50,812 nt of DNA, from NCBI RefSeq assembly GCF_001194135.2, contig NC_068982.1, forward strand, positions 60,013,648 to 60,064,459, given 5' to 3'. The notes under the pieces were generated by a model, which was not told where the DNA came from, did not search any database, and saw only the letters and a program-made list of their open reading frames with translations. A program made the position numbers and the translations under genes. The first letter of the stretch is position 1, and each line of letters opens with the position of its first letter. This document shows, one piece after another, positions 1 to 12,463 of this stretch. This stretch comes from Octopus bimaculoides. Its lineage: Eukaryota.

Positions 1-46
<46 letters not shown>
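1..46. repeat. (TA)n microsatellite
   Basis: Pure TA run at the window start; one of dozens of TA/CA/TG runs. Confidence 0.95.
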
Positions 47-48
<2 letters not shown>

Positions 49-1756
49 CATATAGTAGCAATTATTGGGATAAGCAAATTAGACACGTTAAATATGTTAT
101 GCAAAATGAGAGAAAACAAACTGCGAAAACTGAATCTTTTGACCACTACTGTCTTCTACACAATACATCATATATATATACACACAAATGCATGTACACA
201 CATATGCACATATATGTATAAGAAAATAGGATGACAAAGGAATAAACAATTTTCTCAGCTTCATTGTACCCTCAGACATGAAGTGCAATTTATTTGGGAA
301 AGAATTACGTTTGTGTGCATATACCAATGAGAAAATGTACACATATGTGGGGAATGAAATCTAGGAGCTCTTCCAATAATTAGAATAAGATAAATTTTAA
401 AGTTTGTATAAGGATAGGTATACTCAAATGTAGAGAACCAGTAATTAGAGCTATCATCAATATATATATATATANNNNNNNNNNNNNNNNNNNNNNNNNN
501 NNNNNNNNNNNNNNNNATATAAATTATTAATAATAATAATATGGCAACAAAAGAATGAGTGAAACCTCGATATTATGTAAAATAGTGTAGTAATTACCCT
601 TTATTCAACGGTTTTTTCATATATATATATATATATACACACATACATACACACATACACACACATATACATATTTATACACACACAAACAGATATATAC
701 ACACATGTAGAGATATAACTATAGACACCAAGGCACACTTATATATACTTAACATAAAAAAAACTACACAAACGTGTACAAATATGCCTATGTATATATA
801 GTGGTAGGGTGGGGATTGCAAAATTAGTAACCAGAGTAATACGTGTAATTTCTGATTTCTCATTTTCTCCCTACCTGTTTGAAATCACTACATCACAAGT
901 ATTGCATCATCATTTTGTTCTGTTGCATCATCTTTAGGAGTAAAAGTTGGTCAGCATAGTTGCTGCTGTTGAAGTTGAGAGAGTTTGGAATATAGTCAGG
1001 TGAAAGGTACATTTTTCTAAGAAATTATTCCTCATCTTTGGCCCTATTGTAAGGTGTTTAACAATCAAAATTCTTCTCTCTGCTGGATTCCAAGTCAATT
1101 TTTTCCCATGCTAATGTCTAATTTGATCATTTTCCATTTTCAAAAAATATCTAAAATGAGATAAAATGAGTAATCACTAATTTCAATAATTTCTTCACTT
1201 TAACTGCATGGTGCGTAAATATATCAGGAAGAGAGATACTCCAGCAGATCATGAAGAAACTATAGAGAATATTTTATGTTGAATTTTTTGATTTAATCAA
1301 GCTTTGTTAATTTCATATATGCCATTTTTCCAAGATCGTCTTTCATTTGACCTAGATATTTAAAATTTTTGTTGCATTTTTGATTTGTCTGATGTCTAAG
1401 GATGAATATTGTTGTACATGAGACTGTTTTCAAATGTAATTATAGGCAAATTTGCCTTATTTTGGCTTAATCGTTTTGCCCAATTTAACTTTCACTAGTG
1501 GAAGCAAAACTCTTTAAAAGTTGATTCTTTGGGACAAATCATATGTGATTGTTTAATAAAGGCTAGGATGACAATGCTGAAACGTATTTGAAACAATGGA
1601 CAACAGTCAAAATATCATAATGGATGGGTAAACAAATATCCTTCAGGTGAAACAATGCATTGGTATATAAACAAATGTATCAACAAATAGAAGAGAGGGA
1701 AGGGAACATCACCTTTCAAGTAATTCAGAATAGGTAGAGCTTGCCAAAGTTCGATG

Positions 1757-2425
1757 CAGTTTAAATATGGAGATTAAGATTGTTTGGTACTGGGTATTCA
1801 TTGCGTACAGTATTCCTAGTCAATTTAATCATTGTGGTATGTGGACAGTTGAAATAAAGAAATAGACAAAATCCTTTTACTTTTATAAAAAGATTAAAAA
1901 TTATGGAAGACCCTACATACAAAAAACTATGTTCATTTACGTCCATTTACACGGGAGCTCTGGGCAAAACGTTTAGTGCATGACCATCCTTGGGACATAA
2001 GTAATGTGTGTGAAAAGTTTGGTGAAAATCAGTTCTAAATGTGGAAATGTATGCGTTCAGTGTTCTTTGTTAATTTAATCACTGTCACTGGTGGACAGTG
2101 GAAATAAATAAATAGACAAAATCCTTTGACTTTTATAAAGAGATTAAAAAAGTATGGAAGACCCTACAGATTATAAAACAGCTGATTAATGCAAATGAAT
2201 AGGAATCATCTACTGTTGGTTTCCCATCGCTCTAGGGACCCCAATATCGATTTAAAAAAAAATCTTATGTAGCTTATGTTTGGGTCTGAGATATGAATCA
2301 GCTGTGTCTAAAATTTTAAGGAAATCAGATGAAAGATGTAGTTATTGAAACACATTAAATTTTTGTACACACACACACATACACACACAGAGAGAAAACT
2401 TCAATTTTATAGATATTAGATTAGA
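1757..2425 (+). mobile_element. Array of Helitron/Helentron-like non-autonomous (HINE/Lep1-like) 3' ends
   Basis: ~97-bp direct repeat at 1822-1917 and 2072-2168. Motifs AAGTTTGGTGAAAATC and AAATTTTAAGGAAATC are followed by ACAC/AGAC runs and TTTTATA..AGATT ends, as in recalled Lep1/DINE-like elements. Confidence 0.4.
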
Positions 2426-3228
2426 TATTAGGCTTTCAACGATGTATCTGCCACGATACACAGATTACAATTTTAAACTAATTCTGCTTCTGTCCAACAC
2501 CACATAATGAATGTATCTATATATATGTATACACACACACACACACACACACACACATAAATATATAATAGGGATTATTTCGAAGTAGCATAGAGTTACC
2601 TTTAATTCATTTATATATATATATATATGTATATATACCACTTCAAATAGACCTACACATGTTTCTTCTGCAATTTCAGAGTTATTTGTTAGAATCTATC
2701 AATCCAGTGAAAAACTTTATTAGTTTTCTGTTAGTACGCCAGGCTAACAATATTGTCTAGATTAGTAAAGAATTCTGCATATTCTTGTGGCAGGGTCTGA
2801 AGTTTATAGCTCATCACCATTCTATATTGTAAATCCATGGTTGTGTTCCAGTTATACTGTTTTTTTTTTCACAGAGTGATAAACAAGACAAGGTATAAAT
2901 AGTGGCCATTATATATTTTTCTTTATTGTAGTAAATTTGACTTACAGCTGTTTCTAGTAGTCATTATAGGTTTGTCATTGATAGGTTTATTCAATCTGCC
3001 CATTTACTACAATAAAGAAAAGTATGTAGTGACCATTATTTATGCCTTGTCTATATAGCTTTGGCTGGTGAAAATATTTTAGTTTAGAAGTTTGGAATTA
3101 ACTTGTCTTAATTTAGTATCTCAGAGGAGAGGTGCAAAGTTATTGCTGATCTTATTACATGTCAGTTATTTAATCTCTGTTTTCACATTATGTGGAAGAC
3201 AGATATGTTTCCGGGTATGTATAAAGGC

Positions 3229-3282
<54 letters not shown>

Positions 3283-4291
3283 GCATATAGATTCATGGAT
3301 ATAACGTGAACACATCTTTTCACATAAGTTTTGTATACGTAGGAGGAGGAAGTACCTAAGGCATATGCAAGTTTTTCCAAATGAAAGAGATAATGGGGTT
3401 AAAACTCAACCTATACACTGGTATCTCAATGTTTAACAGGAAATATATAAGCAGGTAACAGAGCTAGAATCTGGTTCAAATAATTGCTGCAGAGTGAACT
3501 TCACTTAAGGCATTCAAGAACCAGGTGGTGATGTTCAACCAGGCAGCATATTAGGACTACATGTCACTTGCAGAAGACAGATATGTACAAAGTAAATACA
3601 AAGTCTGACTATTTATCTATTTATATATGTGAAAAACACAAAGAAAGACGTTAAAATAATGCAGCTGACAAATGTTTATTCAAACAAGGTAATCATACAG
3701 ACCACACAAGATATAAGGGTACATGACTGTTTACTCAAAAAGGGAATCTAATTTATTTTCTTCTAATACTACTATATTTATCATTGATTCTGTTAAAATA
3801 TTCAGGGTACATTATTAAAAATTATTTACAAAAGACTAGCTTTCCTTTTAATAGATTGGAGTCTGTTAGCCATTTATCACTTGCTAGGGTCAACTTTTCC
3901 TTTCATCTCTAGAGAATTAATAGAATAAGCCAATGCAATCAAGTATACTTCATATCATCACAAAACAGATGGAAAAAGAGCTTGTAAATACATTCGTAAA
4001 TGCAAAGACATTGGTATGTCTTTTTTATTTGCCACAAAAATAAAGAAGTGATTGAAGAATATGACTAAAGCTTGTCTAATATGAATATCTGATATACTTT
4101 AACAATAGGATCAAATTTCTTAAGTAATTGCACATGCAAGCAACAAGTCAATTTGATGTTATCTCACCTATTTATCACACTGATTATTCAAAATATTGAT
4201 ATAAGAACAAGAAGTAATTGATAGCCTAAGTAGTTAAGAACCAAAAAAACTAATTCTAATATTATATATATATATATTCATACATACACAC

Positions 4292-4333
<42 letters not shown>

Positions 4334-5759
4334 ACACACATATGAATATGTGTTGTGCTTCAGATGGTGATTTACCATTAAAGGTAAGAAAATTTCTTCC
4401 AGGTTAAACTAAGTTAAGTTGAAAAACATGTGTATCTAACCTTCAATTTCTTTGCAACATAAATGTCTTGTGGCACATGCACCATAACAGTTTGATCCCA
4501 CACCACTGCTATTCAAACACAAATACCAATACTAAATTCTATTCTTTTACATTACAAATAATTCTTAAAATTTGATCTGAATTTTTTTTTTACTTTTCTT
4601 TCTCCACCCTATCCCACTCACATAAAGGCTTCTGTGAAAACCTTCTCCACCAGATTCCCACCCATTTTATAATTGACTTTGAACTTATCAAATTAGCCCT
4701 GTCAAGGTTTTTGAGAGAATGGACAGAAATGTAAATAAAAAATAAGAAGAAAAAAAAACAGCAAAACATTTCAAATATTTAAAATAAACATCAAAACACC
4801 AAAATTATTGACGAGGCACTATCGAAATTAATTCTTATTACCATCCACTTTTAATTGCTTTCATTCCAAAATGTAAAATGAAATTCAGTTTCAAAAATTC
4901 CTTTACTTGATATCTTTGTTGAAAATTTTGACAATGGTTAATAAAAATTTTGACAAAGCTTACTTTGTGTATTGAAATGTGCTTGATAATATTTACTTCT
5001 TTCTTTTACCTTCATTTTCTTTATTTTTTTTATTTTTTTAAGTACTTCAAGTATCAGCAATGTAATTTATCTCATGCACTTCATCTGATACTTAATACAG
5101 TGATGCCTACCCAATACTATTGCACTTTATCTAATACAAACATTCATCAGAAACATTAATTTTAATTAACAAGTTATATAAAATGGAAGTATTACTTTAG
5201 ATGAGATTGAGAAAAGTAAACAAAAAAAAAAGTATATGTTTGTTTGTTTTTACATTTTAAATAATTTCATTTCTTCTTCATTAAATAAATTTTGTTGATA
5301 TTTTAAATAAAGAAATCTAAAGAAAGAAGGTTGTTCATTTGAATTGATTCCATTTTACAAGGAAGGAAATAATAGTTATGTTTTCAAATGTTTGCATGAT
5401 CACTTCACATAAGGTGTAAACACAGAATTAATTTTACTTTATCAATTAGTTATGGCTTGTTGGTTGCCATTACAACCATATATCTTTTTTCTCAACATAA
5501 CCACCAACACCAAGACCTCTTTTCTTATTTATTACTACTAATATCAGCACAATCACAACTATTGTCATAATGTCTCTGTCTTTTTTTTTGTTTTTGTTTT
5601 ATAAGCTAGAAAGTTTGTTGTTGTTATTGTTGATGCTTGTTTGTTGTTTCATTATGTTGCTGATTTCTGCAGTGTCCAATTAACTAAATAGACATGAGGA
5701 TTAACAGCTTTAACAATTAACAAAATTCATAAACTTAACAAGATGAAACAATGATAAAA

Positions 5760-6025
5760 ATCACATGTCTTTGTATGGTGAGGGAGTGGAGAGTGAGAGA
5801 GGCTGGGAGAAACAGTTACAGACAGAAGAAAAATATAGAGGAAGGTAAGCAAAGGAGACAGAAATAGTTAAAGAAAAACAAGAAAGAGAGAACAGAAAGA
5901 GACAAAAAAGAAAGAGCAGCATATAGAAAAGAAACAGAGACAGCCAGAAAGATAGATAGATAGAGAAAAGGTAGATAAACAGACAGACACAGAAAGACAG
6001 ACAGATGGACAAAGAGAGAGAGAGG

Positions 6026-6070
<45 letters not shown>

Positions 6071-6315
6071 GGGGGGGTATATATATATATATATAGATAG
6101 ATAGATAGATATATAGATAGATAGATAGATAGATAGATAGAGAGAGAGGGAGAGATAGACAGACAGTCTTCATATATCTACAGAGACAGATAAACAGATA
6201 AAATATAGAGATATTCAGAAAGAAAGACAGAGAAAGGGTAGATAAACAGACACACAGAGAGACAGACAGACGAGCAAAAAGCGAGAGAGGTGGGACAAAG
6301 GAAGAAACAGATATG

Positions 6316-6349
<34 letters not shown>

Positions 6350-6480
6350 TGGACAAACAGTCTCTATATAACTATAGAGACAGATATACATATAAAATAT
6401 ACAAACAGATAAACATACAGAGAGACAAACAGACAGAGAGACAGAAAGACAAACCAACTGACAGGCACACACTAGAAAGA
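5760..6480. repeat. Compound purine-rich microsatellite (AG/AGAC/AGAT/TA)
   Basis: Directly visible; source of the S/L/F/C-rich track ORFs on the minus strand. Confidence 0.9.
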
Positions 6481-6733
6481 GAACCAATTCCTCACAGTTA
6501 GATTTAGAATCGGCTATTTCCATTTTTTTTTTAATGTTCAGTAAGTTTTTTTGTATTCTTGTATATTTAGCTATTTATCTCTCTTTATTTTCTTAGTTCA
6601 CAAGTCAGGAAAGGCTTCGTTTTTTTTTTTTTTTTTGATTATAGTGAGTAGACATTTTGTATTGGCCAAATGACACATGTCTGAAGGGTATAGGTTTGCA
6701 GGAAATAAAATGGGCAATGACAGGCCAAAGAGA

Positions 6734-6735
<2 letters not shown>

Positions 6736-6780
<45 letters not shown>

Positions 6781-6807
6781 TACATATATACACACACACA
6801 CATATAT

Positions 6808-6856
<49 letters not shown>

Positions 6857-6960
6857 CATATACATATATATGCATACACACACATATACATACATATACA
6901 TACACTTACATACATACACATACACACATATATATACACACATATGTGTATATGTATGTG
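6736..6960. repeat. Compound (TA)n/(CA)n microsatellite
   Basis: Directly visible. Confidence 0.95.
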
Positions 6961-9054
6961 GTAAACAACAAAACTAAAATGAATGGAAACAAAAGCGGAG
7001 AATTTTATTTGGTATGCAAAGAGCAAAAAAACAGTGTATATACATGTGTCCAGGGAGTTTTCTAATGTTCCTAAGACCATCACAATATAGAATAAAAATG
7101 AGAAACTATGTAAACTGCTTTCCCATAACAGATTCCAGCCAGATATTTTGAATATGGGCTCTGACATATAATTGAAAGAACAGAAGACTCATGGATCTGA
7201 CAAAGTTCAGGTCAATAGGAGTGAGATAGAGGTTTTTATTTTGGCACAAGGCTATCATTAAGCTAAAACCTATAATGTTTGTAATGTTGGTTGTAACAGT
7301 TTCCAAGAATTGAAGTTTTTCTCATGATTGGCAACTGCTATGTCCTGAAATGGACTCACTACATACCACCATAACATACTTTACCATTGTTGGAAGACAC
7401 CCATGTTTGTTAGCAGGGTTTTATTTTTTTTTCTTGTTTGTTTTTGTTTTGGTGAGTTGGGTGTTTTTATCATTTGTGTTAAAGACATGATGAGACACAT
7501 TACATTGATAGTTACCACTTAATAGGTGTTTGCTGGATGACATTTGATGATGATCATTATTCTTTCAGAACATAAGCTATGGGAAACAGCATGTGTAAAC
7601 AGTGTGCTTTGATTAGCAAATAGAAAAATCAGGCAACAACAAAGACATTGCATCTGACAAGATGATTTCCTCTTGTATAAGTTTACTTTAAACATTGTAA
7701 AAAGAAGTAAAAGGAAAAAAAAAAAACAATACAAAAAAAAGAGTAGGAAGTTAAACATGATTAGGGTGTAATAGAAAAAACAAACTAAACTAAGCAAAGT
7801 GTTTTCTCTTTGTCTAAAACTTATTTGTAAAGGAAAGTGAGAAGCAGTTCAATCTTGGTTTGCAGCAGATATTTCAATTTACTTATAGTTTGTATTTATT
7901 GAATAATGAAAATAGGAAATAATAGAGTTGTATGGAAAAGAAACAAATGTAACAACTATGTGACGACTGAACATAGACAAAAATAAAAACAAACATAAGA
8001 ACATTGTCAGTATAAAGCAAAATAACTCTGTATCTTAAACAAAGTAAAAAAAAAAAAAACTACAAATAATCAGAAGAAAGAAAAAGTAACAACAGCAGAC
8101 AATAAAAAAAAACCCCATAAAATAGAAAGTTTTTCAAATAAATATATTAGATTCCAGAATCTCTTTGTTTTGTGAAAATGAAGTAGGGAATCATTGAAAT
8201 GTCATTATCCCTATATTGTCACACCTATAAGTAACAACTAAATTAAATTGATTAGATCTCTGCAAGAGAAGCGGAAGCAAAACAAAAGAAGAAATAATTC
8301 AACTAAATCAACTTCTAAATCACCGTCTTGAAGTCAATAAGATATTTCATTCAAGTGACTTTGTGCGGTATTCAGTGTTTAATTACAAAATATTCCATCC
8401 AGGCTATTGTAGATCTCTTGATAAAATCAGGCTAATTAGAGGCAAATTCTATGTTCGCACTAATTGTTTCCAATCTAAGTTGTAAACATTTAATCATCCA
8501 TTAAGGAATATTTCTGCCTGAAGAGTATGGAAATTGAATTTTCTCAATCCTATAATAATATAGGACATTAGAGATATTTCACATTTTGTTAAAGCCTTTT
8601 ATGAGATTAGATTAAAATCTGTAGCCAATATTTTCATATTTATTCCATTGCTGTAATTTGTTCTTTTGTTTCAATGTGTTTCCCACTCAGCACGTCTCCT
8701 TTAATGCCACTATCTAAATTACTAAAATAATTAACGATAAATACAGATTGTTAATTACTAATAAATTTTCATCAAAATGTTTCATTTATGTGCATAATTA
8801 TTGCAGTCAATGCTAATATAAGCACATAAGAGTTGTGTACTATGATATGATAACTACAGAACATCGAGAAAGAAACCATTGTAAGACACAAATGAACGAG
8901 CTAAGACAAAAATATCAACAAAATGCTAAGTATTCTTCTTATCTGTTTCTTTCATTAGATTGCGCAATTCATAGCAACAAAATACTGAAAATATTTTGTT
9001 GTTGTTCTTATATATTTTTTATTTTTCATTAATGTTACACCTGTGTATTAAACA

Positions 9055-9198
9055 CACATAGACATACATGCATACATACATGTACATGTATGTATGTATA
9101 TGCATATGCATACTTGTATATGTGTGTGTGTGTACGTATATGTATATAATGTATGTATGTATATGCATATATACATACTTGTATGTGTGTGTGTGTAT

Positions 9199-9232
<34 letters not shown>
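9055..9232. repeat. Compound TA/TG/CA microsatellite
   Basis: Directly visible. Confidence 0.9.
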
Positions 9233-9235
<3 letters not shown>

Positions 9236-9247
9236 GTCTGTCATACC

Positions 9248-9287
9248 GGCCATGACGAAGGGAAATAGCCCTGAAACTCGAGTCGCC
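9248..9287 (+). ncRNA. Minimal type-I hammerhead ribozyme-like motif (variant core)
   Basis: Stem I GGC/GCC; core C(A)UGACGA; stem II AGGG/CCCU with a 6-nt loop; GAAA; stem III AC/GU closing palindromic UCGA; GUC triplet. One extra A interrupts the CUGANGA core. Confidence 0.6.
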
Positions 9288-9946
9288 TTTATATATATTT
9301 ATATTTATATTTATATATTTGATCCTTTATATTGAATACTCAATATTTCATCTACATTCAATACTTTCTTTCATGGTGCCATCCATTTTTATTTTATTTT
9401 ATTTTATATTATATATTATATATTCCATATTCTATACCCCACATTGGTTCTGTAGGAATATAAATAAAACATAAAAAATAGACAGTGTTGGAACTCTTTT
9501 AAACAAAATAATATATATATATATATATACATATAATGTTTTGTTATTTTACAGGCTGCAGAGACTGGATTGCAACCATACTGGATATTAGCTTCAAACA
9601 TTTATTCGATCATATCAACTTCAGTCCTTATTTCAACTGGGTACTTATTTTATCATACTCTATTTGTTAAACTGATAAGTCATGGCACATTAAAGAGCAT
9701 GACCTAAACAACTTTAAAATAACACATACATAAAAGATATAAAGTTTAATTACAATATCAAAAAATATACAGCATTTATTTCAGTCATTATACATTAGCA
9801 TATTCAAATTATTCTTTTTAACTTGGTTGTAATAGACACAGACTTTCAGCTGCTGTAAACAGCAACCTTTCTCAGGTGCTCATCATATTTAGTAATAGTT
9901 TTAGAGTTTCAAACTAAACCCTTTGTTGAATCAACAGGATTATTCT

Positions 9947-10116
9947 CATCATCATCATCATCGTTTTAATGTACATTTTTCCATGCTTGATGAAGTTCAT
10001 TAGGTCAGATTTCCCAGTCAGATGCCCTTCCTGTCACGAACCCTCACTTGTTTCCAAGCAAGATCATATCTCCCCATGGCCAGACATATTTTTGCAGACT
10101 ATTGGAAATGAATGAC
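9947..10116 (-). mobile_element. Short retroposon (family E) with RTE-like (GAT)n tail
   Basis: CATCATCATCGTTT..TTTCCATGC tail shared with the RTE fragments; reverse complement resembles 48327-48515. Confidence 0.65.
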
Positions 10117-10200
10117 ATTAATTTACAATAATCACACAATAGAGACATAAGCATACACACACACACACACACATATATATATACACATATACATACATAT

Positions 10201-10243
<43 letters not shown>

Positions 10244-10363
10244 TACACATATATACATACATATCTTTATATGTATACATACATACATACATATATACAT
10301 ACATTATATGTGTGTCAGTGTAAAAATGTAGATATATATATATATACATTTATATGCATGCAT

Positions 10364-10403
<40 letters not shown>

Positions 10404-10410
10404 ACACACC

Positions 10411-10573
10411 AAGCTTCTTTCCCCTTTCTTCTACCAAATCCTTTGATGAGGCCTTGATTGATCTATGGTGAGGCTATAGTAGAAGCCACTTGCCCCAGAA
10501 GCCAAGCAGTGGAACTGAACTCAAAACCATATGGCTGGGAAGCAAACTTCTTAACAATAGAGTCACGACTGTG
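10411..10573 (-). mobile_element. SINE family A, 5' half
   Basis: Homologous to the head half of the full copy at 14658-15167 (GAGGCTATAGTAGAAG.CACTTGCCC); stops at the internal CA microsatellite. Confidence 0.8.
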
Positions 10574-10584
10574 TTGTATAGGTT

Positions 10585-11005
10585 ATATATTTTTCTTCTT
10601 ACACCTAGTGTTTCAGTTATTATTCCTACTATTTTCAGTTTCTTGTCCCACATCTAGTTTGTTTCAGTTCTAAGACTTTCATACTTTGACAGTTTCTTCA
10701 TCTCCTATGGGGCACTGTTTTGAACAGAAGAGATTGAAATATGTATTAGTGTCAAAAATTTTTGTTCCGTTACTTCATTATCATCTTTGGTCTCTTTGTC
10801 AATCTAGACATATCTGTCTCAGATGACTCAAGCCAGTTTATCACCATAAACCATTTCTGGTACTTGTTTATACCATTTCTTATCCATTTTCACATCAAAG
10901 TGTTGGCATATTGCCGGGTGGATACAGATGCTAATTCAACCATGTCAATGAATTTACTTCGCCTTGGCAGAGAATAGGCAACCAAAAATGGTATGGGCAG
11001 CCATC
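10585..11005 (-). mobile_element. Decayed R4/Dong-clade LINE fragment (zinc-knuckle end plus RLE domain)
   Basis: Minus translation HTIFGCLFSAKAK*IH*HG..IHPAICQHFDVKMDKKWYKQVPEMV..IDKETK..IHISIS..EMKKLSKYESLRTETN*MWDKKLKIV matches the recalled R4 pattern HWxICxHY..KWYEHxPE..DxSIP..KExEKxxKYxDL..MW. Several stops. Confidence 0.75.
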
Positions 11006-11243
11006 CCATTGTACATTGTACTAGTAGCAGAGTTTGTACTTGGTGTTAGTATCTTTTTGCATTATTTCAATTTTTTAGGGGTTTAATTTTTGTGTGTGGT
11101 TAAATGTTGTTAGTCCTCTACACTGTCAATAAACCTGTCTTTTCCCTACCCATAAATTTTTGGCTTTGTGCCAAGGTTAGAAATTATCATTATTATCATT
11201 ATTATTATTATTTATTATTGTTGTTGCTGCTGTTACTATTATT

Positions 11244-11448
11244 AAGGTGGTGAGTTGGCAGAATTGTTAGAAACCTGGACAAAATGCATAGTGGCATTTT
11301 ATCCATCTTTACATTTGGAGTGTAAATTCTGCCAAGGTCGACTTTGCCTTTCATCCTTTCAGGATCGATTACCAGTTATGCGCTGGGGTTGATGTAATAG
11401 ACTAGTTCCTCCCCAAAAATTTCAGTCCTTGTGCCTACAGCATAAAGG

Positions 11449-11450
<2 letters not shown>
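11244..11450 (+). mobile_element. tRNA-derived SINE family C
   Basis: AAGGTGGTGAGTTGGCAGAA head, GACTTTGCCTTTCATCCTTTC core, (ATT)n tail; homologous to 44648-44861 and 30052-30184. Confidence 0.8.
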
Positions 11451-11483
<33 letters not shown>

Positions 11484-11968
11484 ACTTCTCAGAACGCTTG
11501 GTCTTGTTTGCACTGGTTGATTCTGTGGGAGCAGACAACAGCCTATTGTCAGAAGCTCTCTTTCCACAGGGTTTCTTTCCACACATTATAAGCTGTGATA
11601 CCTGGTTGTTAATTATTGTGGAAGATATTCAACATTCAAGTACCAATCTCAAATCTTAGCTGTCCCCAGCAGAACAGTTTTGGGGGCTTGCTCTACTCTC
11701 ATGTCAATTCTGATTTCTCTAACATATTTCTCAAACTTAGTTATTAGTGCTCTGAATGCTCCTACAACTACTGGGATGACAGACACTCTCCTCATAGTCC
11801 ACATTTTTGAAATTTCATCTTTTAATAGTCTGTATTTTTCAATCTTTTCTAGCTCTTTGTCATTTATGTGTGCATCCCTAGGTATTGCAATATCTATAAT
11901 CTTGGTTTCCTTTTTCCCTTTTTTTACCACAATATCTGGTCTCTGAGCATCGATTAAGAGTCACATTG
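11447..11968 (-). mobile_element. 5'-truncated R4/Dong-clade LINE (RLE domain, 3' UTR, (TAA)n tail)
   Basis: Frame LIDAQRPDIVVKKGKKETKIIDIAIPRDAHINDKELEKIEKYRLLKDEISKMW..VIPVVVGAF..KTVLLGTAKI (track ORF 11649-11930 extended upstream) is a PD-(D/E)xK restriction-like endonuclease C-terminus. A short UTR and TAA tail follow. Confidence 0.9.
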
Positions 11969-12463
11969 ACTTCTAATATGGTTATTGACTTCTAATATGA
12001 TAGGTTTTACTATGCTAATAGTGATTCTGAAATAACAACCTTGTTATTAACATACAAAACCCATTCCTGAATTACATTGTGATTGTATCCATAAATGGAA
12101 TGAATAAGGCCTCAATTCAGAAACTTAGTACATACCACTGAATACAAAATTCTTCAAAGCCTAATTCCAAGCATATCCCTAATTCTAGTATCTTTTTTAT
12201 TTGGTAACTGCTTTGTATGGTGTATGGTGTATGTAGCAACGTTAGGTTTACATTTAAAATCCCTTTGATGTATGTTTCACCATCTTCATGGATTGTTCCA
12301 TATACAGGCACAGGCATGACTGTGGTTAAGCTCATTTTGCAACCATGTGGTCCTGAATTACTGAACATACAAAGAATTCATATCATCATTGATGCAAAGT
12401 AGTCTCTGTTCTGCTGAGCTCTCCTCAGTCTGTTTTGTTATGTCTACTGCTATTTGTTTACAT

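Noticed and set aside
12117-12402. Overlapping ORFs of 83 and 61 aa in unique sequence
   Set aside because: No recognisable motif, no convincing splice pair, and no match to the adjacent R4 ORF.
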